Shown here piece by piece: positions 55,401 through 64,000 of a stretch of 64,000 nt of DNA. A program made the position numbers and the translations under genes. This DNA is from Lingula anatina (lineage: Eukaryota; Animalia; Brachiopoda), in NCBI GenBank assembly GCA_051362555.1, contig CM120640.1, positions 30,461,967-30,525,966 on the forward strand, given 5' to 3'. Position 1 is the first letter of the stretch. Every line of letters begins with the position of its first letter. The notes beneath the pieces are model-generated. The model was not told the origin of the DNA. It saw only the letters and a list, made by a program, of their open reading frames with translations, and did no database searches.

Positions 55401-58400
55401 AATGATGCTTAACAACAATAGAAATCTGTGATAAGCTGATCAGTTGTCTGTATTGAATGAAAAGTGTTTTTTAGGACAATATATTTGCGAAAACCAAAAA
55501 TTACATTGAAAATACTGGGAATTCGCAGGACTTGAAATAGTTAAACGTTAATAATTTTGTCAAATCTGGTCCAATATTTCTGAAATTTGTACAAATGATG
55601 CTTAACAACAATAAAAATCTGTGATATGCTAAGCAGTTGTCTGTGTGTAATGAAAAGTGTTTTTTGGGACAACAAATTTGGGAAAACTGAAAATTACATT
55701 GAAAAGACTGGTAAATCCCAGGCCTTAAATAGTTAAACGTTAATAATTTTGTCAAATTTTGTCCTATATTTCTGAAATTTGTACAAATGATGCTTAACAA
55801 AAATAGAAATCTGTGATAAGCTGATCAAATGTCTGTATTGAATGAAAAGTGTTTTTTGGGACAACAAATTTGGGAAAACTGAAAATTACATTGAAAAGAC
55901 TGGTAAATCCCAGGCCTTAAAATAGTTAAACGTTAATAATTTTGTCAAATTTTGTCCTATATTTCTGAAATTTGTACAAATGATGCTTAACAAAAAAAGA
56001 AATCTGAGAAAAGCTGATCAGTTGTTTGTATTGAATGAAAAGTGTTTTTTAGGACAATATATTTGTGAAAACCAAAAATTACATTGAAAAGACTGGCAAA
56101 ACCCAGACCTCAAATAGTTAAACGTTAATAATTTTGTCAAATCTGGTGGAATATTTCTGAAATTTGTACAAATGATGCTTAACAATAATAAAAATCTGTG
56201 ATAAGCTGATCAGTTATCTGAGTCTTTTCTTTTAAGTGTCAAGTGTATGGGAAATTGATCATCAGAAGAGTGAGAATTAACCAAAACAAATATTTCAATA
56301 TTGCAATGTATTATTTACTCTGAAAGTAAACAGCAAATGTGATGATTTGAGGTTGTTTGTGTAAGAGGTTGCAAATTACCTATAACTGTCATCTGGAAAA
56401 CAATATATACCCATACAAGAGTTCTCCTTACTACCTCTGCAAGATGCAGATTAGTCCTTTCTGGAAGGGGTTGTTGTTATCACAATACTCAACAAGGCCC
56501 TAAATCTTGCCAAATATCATGTATTGTACACATGGAGAAGACACAGTGCTACTCTTTGTGGTATCTTTCACTAACTGCTTTTTAAGCTTTTTCATGGTGA
56601 GGGTACTCTGAAACAAGAACAATATAACTGAAAGGACTGAAAATTACATTTGAAAAGAAAGACAAATTTGGTGACTTAATTAAAATAATTAAACGTTAAT
56701 AATTTTGTCAAATCTGGTCCTATATTTCTGAAATTTGTACAAATGATGCTTAACAACAATAGAAATCTGTGATAAGCTGATCAGTTGTCTGTATTGAATG
56801 AAAAGTGTTTTTTAGGACAATATATTTGCGAAAACCAAAAATTACATTGAAAATACTGGGAATTCGCAGGACTTGAAATAGTTAAACGTTAATAATTTTG
56901 TCAAATCTGGTCCAATATTTCTGAAATTTGTACAAATGATGCTTAACAACAATAAAAATCTGTGATATGCTAAGCAGTTGTCTGTGTGTAATGAAAAGTG
57001 TTTTTTGGGACAACAAATTTGGGAAAACTGAAAATTACATTGAAAAGACTGGTAAATCCCAGGCCTTAAAATAGTTAAACGTTAATAATTTTGTCAAATT
57101 TTGTCCTATATTTCTGAAATTTGTACAAATGATGCTTAACAAAAATAGAAATCTGTGATAAGCTGATCAAATGTCTGTATTGAATGAAAAGTGTTTTTTG
57201 GGACAACAAATTTGGGAAAACTGAAAATTACATTGAAAAGACTGGTAAATCCCAGACCTCAAATAGTTAAACGTTAATAATTTTGTCAAATCTGGTGGAA
57301 TATTTCTGAAATTTGTACAAATGATGCTTAACAATAATAAAAATCTGTGATAAGCTGATCAGTTATCTGAGTCTTTTCTTTTAAGTGTCAAGTGTATGGG
57401 AAATTGATCATCAGAAGAGTGAGAATTAACCAAAACAAATATTTCAATATTGCAATGTATTATTTACTCTGAAAGTAAACAGCAAATGTGATGATTTGAG
57501 GTTGTTTGTGTAAGAGGTTGCAAATTACCTATAACTGTCATCTGGAAAACAATATATACCCATACAAGAGTTCTCATTACTACCTCTGCAAGATGCAGAT
57601 TAGTCCTTTCTGGAAGGGGTTGTTGTTATCACAATACTCAACAAGGCCCTAAATCTTGCCAAATATCATGTATTGTACACATGGAGAAGACACAGTGCTA
57701 CTCTTTGTGGTATCTTTCACTAACTGCTTTTTAAGCTTTTTCATGGTGAGGGTACTCTGAAACAAGAACAATATAACTGAAAGGACTGAAAATTACATTT
57801 GAAAAGAAAGACAAATTTGGTGACTTAATTAAAATAATTAAACGTTAATAATTTTGTCAAATCTGGTCCAATATTTCTGAAATTTGAACAAATGATGCTT
57901 AACAACTATAAAAATCAGTGATAAGCTGATCAGTTGTCTGTGTCTAATGAAAAGTGTTTTTTTGGACGACATATTTGGGAAAACTGAAAATTACATTGAA
58001 AAGACTGGCAAAACCCAGACCTTAAAATAGTTAAACATTAATAATTTTGTCAAATCTTGTGGAATATTCCTGAAATTTGTACAAATGATGCTTAACAATA
58101 ATAAAAATCTGTGATAAGCTGATCAGTTGTCTGTTTCTAATGAAAAGTTTTTTTTTAGGACAATATATTTGCAAAAACCAAAAATTACATTGAAAATACT
58201 GGGAATTCGCAGGACTTGAAATAGTTAAACGTTAATAATTTTGTCAAATCTTGTCTTATATTTCTGAAATTTGTACAAATGATGCTTAACAACAATAGAA
58301 ATCTGTGATAAGCTGATCAAATGTCTGTATTGAATGAAAAGTGTTTTTTGGGACAACAAATTTGGGAAAACTGAAAATTACATTGAAAAGACTGGTAAAT

Positions 58401-61400
58401 CCCAGGCCTTAAAATAGTTAAACGTTAATAATTTTGTCAAATTTTGTCCTATATTTCTGAAATTTGTACAAATGATGCTTAACAAAAATAGAAATCTGAG
58501 AAAAGCTGATCAGTTGTTTGTATTGAATGAAAAGTGTTTTTTAGGACAATATATTTGTGAAAACCAAAAATTACATTGAAAAGACTGGCAAAACCCAGAC
58601 CTCAAATAGTTAAACATTAATAATTTTGTCAAATCTGCTGGAATATTTCTGAAATTTGTACAAATGATGCTTAACAATAATAAAAATCTGTGATAAGCTG
58701 ATCAGTTATCTGAGTCTTTTCTTTTAAGTGTCAAGTGTATGGAAAATTGATCATCAGAAGAGTGAGAATTAACCAAAACAAATATTTCAATATTGCAATG
58801 TATTATTTACTCTGAAAGTAAACAGCAAATGTGATGATTTGAGGTTGTTTGTGTAAGAGGTTGCAAATTACCTATAACTGTCATCTGGAAAACAATATAT
58901 ACCATACAAGAGTTCTCCTTACTACCTCTGCAAGATGCAGATTAGTCCTTTCTGGAAGGGGTTGTTGTTATCACAATACTCAACAAGGCCCTAAATCTTG
59001 CCAAATATCATGTATTGTACACATGGAGAAGACACAGTGCTACTCTTGGTGGTATCTTTCACTAACTGCTTTTTAAGCTTTTTCATGGTGAGGGTACTCT
59101 GAAACAAGAACAATATAACTGAAAGGACTGAAAATTACATTTGAAAAGAAAGACAAATTCGGTGACTTAATTAAAATAATTAAACGTTAATAATTTTGTC
59201 AAATCTGGTCTAATATTTCTGAAATTTGTACAAATTATGCTTAACAACAATAGAAATCTGTGATAAGCTGATCAGTTGTTTGTATAGAATGAAAAGTGTT
59301 TTAAATATATTTGCGAAAACCAAAAATTACATTGAAAAGACTGGGAATTCGCAGGACTTGAAATAGTTAAACATTAATAATTTTGTCAAATCAATTCCAA
59401 TATTTATGAAATTTGTACAAATGATGCTTAACAACAATAAAAATCTGTGATATGCTGAGCAGTTGTCTGTGTGTAATAAAAAGTGTTTTTTGGGACAACA
59501 AATTTGGGAAAACTGAAAATTACATTGAAAAGACTGGTAAATCCCAGGCCTTAAAATAGTTAAACGTTAATAATTTTGTCAAATTTTGTCCTATATTTCT
59601 AAAATTTGTACAAATGATGCTTAACAACAATAGAAATCTGTGATAAGCTGATCAGTTGTCTGTATAGAATGAAAAGTGTTTTTTAGGACAATGTATTTGC
59701 GAAAAACCAAAAATTACATTGAAAAGACTGGGAATTCGCAGGACTTGAAATAGTGAAACGTTAATAATTTTGTCAAATCTAGTCCAATATTTATGAAATT
59801 TGTACAAATGATGCTTAACAACAATAAAAATCTGTGATAAGCTGATCAGTTGTCTGTGTCTAATGAAAAGTGTTTTTTGGGACAACATATTTGGGAAAAC
59901 TGAAAATTACATTGAAAAGACTGGCAAAACCCAGACCTCAAAATAGTTAAACGTTAATAATTTTGTCAAATCTGGTGGAATATTTCTGAAATTTGTACAA
60001 ATGATGCTTAACAATAATAAAAATCTGTGATAAGCTGATCAGTTATCTGAGTCTTTTCTTTTAAGTGTCAAGTGTATGGGAAATTGATCATCAGAAGAGT
60101 GAGAATTAACCAAAACAAATATTTCAATATTGCAATGTATTATTTACTCTGAAAGTAAACAGCAAATGTGATGATTTGAGGTTGTTTGTGTAAGAGGTTG
60201 CAAATTACCTATAACTGTCATCTGGAAAACATTATATACCCATACAAGAGTTCTCCTTACTACCTCTGCAAGATGCAGATTAGTTCTTTCTGGAAGGGGT
60301 TGTTGTTATCACAATACTCAACAAGGCCCTAAATCTTGCCAAATATCATGTATTGTACACATGGAGAAGACACAGTGCTGCTCTTGGTGGTATCTTTCAC
60401 TAACTGCTTTTTAAGCTTTTTCATGGTGAGGGTACTCTGAAACAAGAACAATATAACTGAAAGGACTGAAAATTACATTTGAAAAGAATGACAAATTCGG
60501 TGACTTAATTAAAATAATTAAACGTTTATAATTTTGTCAAATCTGGTCCAATATTTCTGAAATTTGAACAAATGATGCTTAACAACAATAAAAATCAGTG
60601 ATAAGCTGATCAGTTGTCTGTGTGTAATGAAAAGTGTTTTTTGGGACAACAAATTTGGGAAAACTGAAAATTACATTGAAACGACTGGCAAATCCCAGGC
60701 CTTAAAATAGTTAAACGTTAATAATTTTGTCAAATTTTGTCCTATATTCCTGAAATTTGTACACATGATGCTTAACAAAAATAGAAATCTGTGATAAGTT
60801 GACCAGTTGTCTGTATTGAATGAAAAGTGTTTTTTAGGACAATATATTTGCAAAAACCAAAAATTACATTGAAAAGACTGGGAATTCGCAGGACTTGAAA
60901 TAGTTAAACGTTAATAATTTTGTCAAATCTGGTTCAATATATCTGCAATTTGTACAAATGATGCTTGACAACAATAAAAATTAGTGATAAGCTGATCAGT
61001 TGTCTGTGACTAATGAAAAATGTTTTTTTGGACAACATATTTGGGAAAACTGAAAATTACATTGAAAAGACTGGGAAAACCCAGACCTTAAAATAGTTAA
61101 ACATTAATAATTTTGTCAAATCTTGTGAAATATTTCTGAAATTTGTACAAATAATGCTTAACAACAATAAAAATCTGTGATAAGCTGATCAATTGTCTGT
61201 GTCTAATGAAAAGTGTTTTTTTGGACAACATATTTGGGAAAACTGAAAATTACATGAAAAAGACTGGGAATTTGCAGGACTTGAAATAGTTAAACATTAA
61301 TAATTTTGTCTAATCTTATCCAATATTTCTGAAATTTGTGCAAATGATGCTTAACTATAATTAAAATCTGTGAGAAGCTGATCAGTTGTCTGTGTGTAAT

Positions 61401-64000
61401 GAAAAGTGTTTTTTGGGACAATATATTTGCGAAAACCAAAAATTACATTGAAAAGACTGGGAATTCGCAGGACTTGAAATAGTTAAACATTAATAATTTT
61501 GTCAAATCTGGTTCAATATATCTGAAATTTGTACAAATGATGCTTAACAACAATAAAAATCAGTGATAAGCTGATCAGTTGTCTGTATTGAATGAAAAGA
61601 GTTTTTTTGGACAACATATTTGGGAAAACTGAAAATTACATTGAAAAGACTGGGAAAACCCAGAGCTTGAAATAGTTAAACATTAATAATTTTGTCAAAT
61701 CTTGTGGAAAATTTCTGAAATTTGTACAAATAATGCTTAACAACAATAAAAATCTGTGATAAGCTGATCAGTTGTCTGTGTCTAATGAAAAGTGTTTTTT
61801 TGGACAACATATTTGGGAAAACTGAAAATTACATGAAAAAGACTGGGAATTTGCAGGACTTGAAATAGTTAAACGTTAATAATTTTGTCTAATCTAGTCC
61901 AATATTTCTGAAATTTGTACAAATGATGCTTAACTATAATTAAAATCTGTGATAAGCTGATCAGTTGTTTGTGTGTAATGAAAAGTGTTTTTTGGGACAA
62001 CAAATTTGGGAAAACTGAAAATTACATTGAAAAGACTGGCAAATCCCAGGCCTTAAAATAGTTAAACGTTAATAATTTTGTCAAATTTTGTCCTATGTTT
62101 CTGAAATTTGTACAAATGATGCTTAACAACAATAGAAATCTGTGATAAGCTGATCAGTTGTCTGTATTGAATGAAAAGTGTTTTTTAGGACAATATATTT
62201 GGGAAAACCAAAAATTACATTGAAAAGACTGGGAATTCGCAGGACTTGAAATAGTTAAACGTTAATCATTTTGTCAAATCTAGTCCAATATTTATGAAAT
62301 TTGTACAAATGATGCTTAACAACAATAAAAATCTGTGATAAGCTGATCAGTTGTCTGTGTCTAATGAAAAGTTTTTTTTTTGGGACAACATATTTGGGAA
62401 AACTGAAAATTACATTGAAAAGACAAGCAAAACCCAGACCTTAAAATAGTTAAACATTAATAATTTTGTCAAATCTTGTGGAATATTTCTGAAATTTGTA
62501 CAAATGATGCTTAACAGGAATAAAAATCTGTGATAAGCTGATCAGTTGTCAGTTTCTTATGAAAAGTTTTTTAGGACAATATATTTGCGAAAAACCAAAA
62601 ATTACATTGAAAATACTGGCAAATCCCAGGCCTCAAAATAGTTAAATGTTAATAATTTTGTCAAATCTAGTCCAATATTTCTGAAATTTGTACAAATAAT
62701 GCTTAACAACAATAAAAGTCTGTGATAAGCTGATCAGCTGTCTGTGTGTAATGAAAAGTGTTTTTTGGGACAACATATTTGGGAAAACTGAATATTACAT
62801 TGAAAAGACTGGGAATTCGCAGGACTTGAAATAGTTAAACGTTAATAATTTTGTCAAATCTGGTCCAATATTTCTGAAATTTGAACAAATGATGCTTAAC
62901 AACAATAAAAATCTGTGATATGCTAATCAGTTGTCTGTGTGTAATAAAAAGTGTTTTTTGGGACAACAAATTTGGGAAAACTGAAAATTACATTGAAAAG
63001 ACTGGTAAATCCCAGGCCTTAAAATAGTTAAATGTTAATAATTTTGTCAAATTTTGTCCTATATTTCTGAAATTTGTACAAATGATGCTTAACAACAATA
63101 AAAATCTGAGAAAAGCTGATCAGTTGTCTGTGTCTAATAAAAAGTGTTTTTTAGGACAATATATTTGTGAAAACCAAAAATTACATTGAAAAGACTGGCA
63201 AAACCCAGACCTCAAATAGTTAAACGTTAATAATTTTGTCAAATCTGGTGGAATATTTCTGAAATTTGTACAAATGATGCTTAACAATAATAAAAATCTG
63301 TGATAAGCTGATCAGTTATCTGAGTCTTTTCTTTTAAGTGTCAAGTGTATGGGAAATTGATCATCAGAAGAGTGAGAATTAACCAAAACAAATATTTCAA
63401 TATTGCAATGTATTATTTACTCTGAAAGTAAACAGCAAATGTGATGATTTGAGGTTGTTTGTGTAAGAGGTTGCAAATTACCTATAACTGTCATCTGGAA
63501 AACAATATATACCCATACAAGAGTTCTCCTTACTACCTCTGCAAGATGCAGATTAGTCCTTTCTGGAAGGGGTTGTTGTTATCACAATACTCAACAAGGC
63601 CCTAAATCTTGCCAAATATCATGTATTGTACACATGGAGAAGACACAGTGCTACTCTTTGTGGTATCTTTCACTAACTGCTTTTTAAGCTTTTTCATGGT
63701 GAGGGTACTCTGAAACAAGAACAATATAACTGAAAGGACTGAAAATTACATTTGAAAAGAAAGACAAATTTGGTGACTTAATTAAAATAATTAAACGTTA
63801 ATAATTTTGTCAAATCTGGTCCTATATTTCTGAAATTTGTACAAATGATGCTTAACAACAATAGAAATCTGTGATAAGCTGATCAGTTGTCTGTATTGAA
63901 TGAAAAGTGTTTTTTAGGACAATATATTTGCGAAAACCAAAAATTACATTGAAAATACTGGGAATTCGCAGGACTTGAAATAGTTAAACGTTAATAATTT

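Larger units (their letters stand above)
13125..64000. repeat. 193-bp AT-rich satellite DNA array (about 220 monomers), continuing beyond the window
   Basis: The anchor agctgatca recurs at 13975, 14167, 14360, 14554 and 14747 (spacing 192-194) and throughout. Consensus agctgatcagttgtctgtgtctaatgaaaagtgttttttgggacaacatatttgggaaaactgaaaattacattgaaaagactgg...tttgtacaaatgatgcttaacaacaataaaaatctgtgata. Confidence 0.98.

Noticed and set aside
35545-60853. Short minus-strand ORFs inside satellite monomers
   Set aside because: They are chance open frames made by 1-bp indels. The 193-bp unit is not a multiple of 3 and carries stops.
13125-64000. CRISPR-like or repeat-spacer information array
   Set aside because: Units are 193 bp, the interspersed inserts are near-identical rather than unique, there are no cas genes, and the context is eukaryotic.

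Overview
AT-rich eukaryotic non-genic window; an invertebrate such as a mollusc is likely, inferred only from the repeat types. No intact protein-coding gene is evident. 1-13.1 kb is a patchwork of old repeats: two tRNA-like SINE-head remnants, two MITE-like elements, a Helentron/HINE-type element with internal tandem repeats, and a spliced, decayed Gypsy-like (Ginger/GIN-type) integrase pseudogene on the minus strand (five exons, about 10.06-13.12 kb). At about 13,123 that integrase is cut just before its first catalytic Asp by a 193-bp satellite array that runs past the end of the window (about 220 monomers). The array is punctuated by 21 full copies and 1 deleted copy of a ~377-bp insert with exon/intron-like signals. 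It also shows 3.7-3.9 kb higher-order repeats and block duplications at ~8.1, ~19.6 and ~23 kb offsets, which suggests the edge of a (peri)centromeric or heterochromatic satellite. All coordinates and counts were read by eye.
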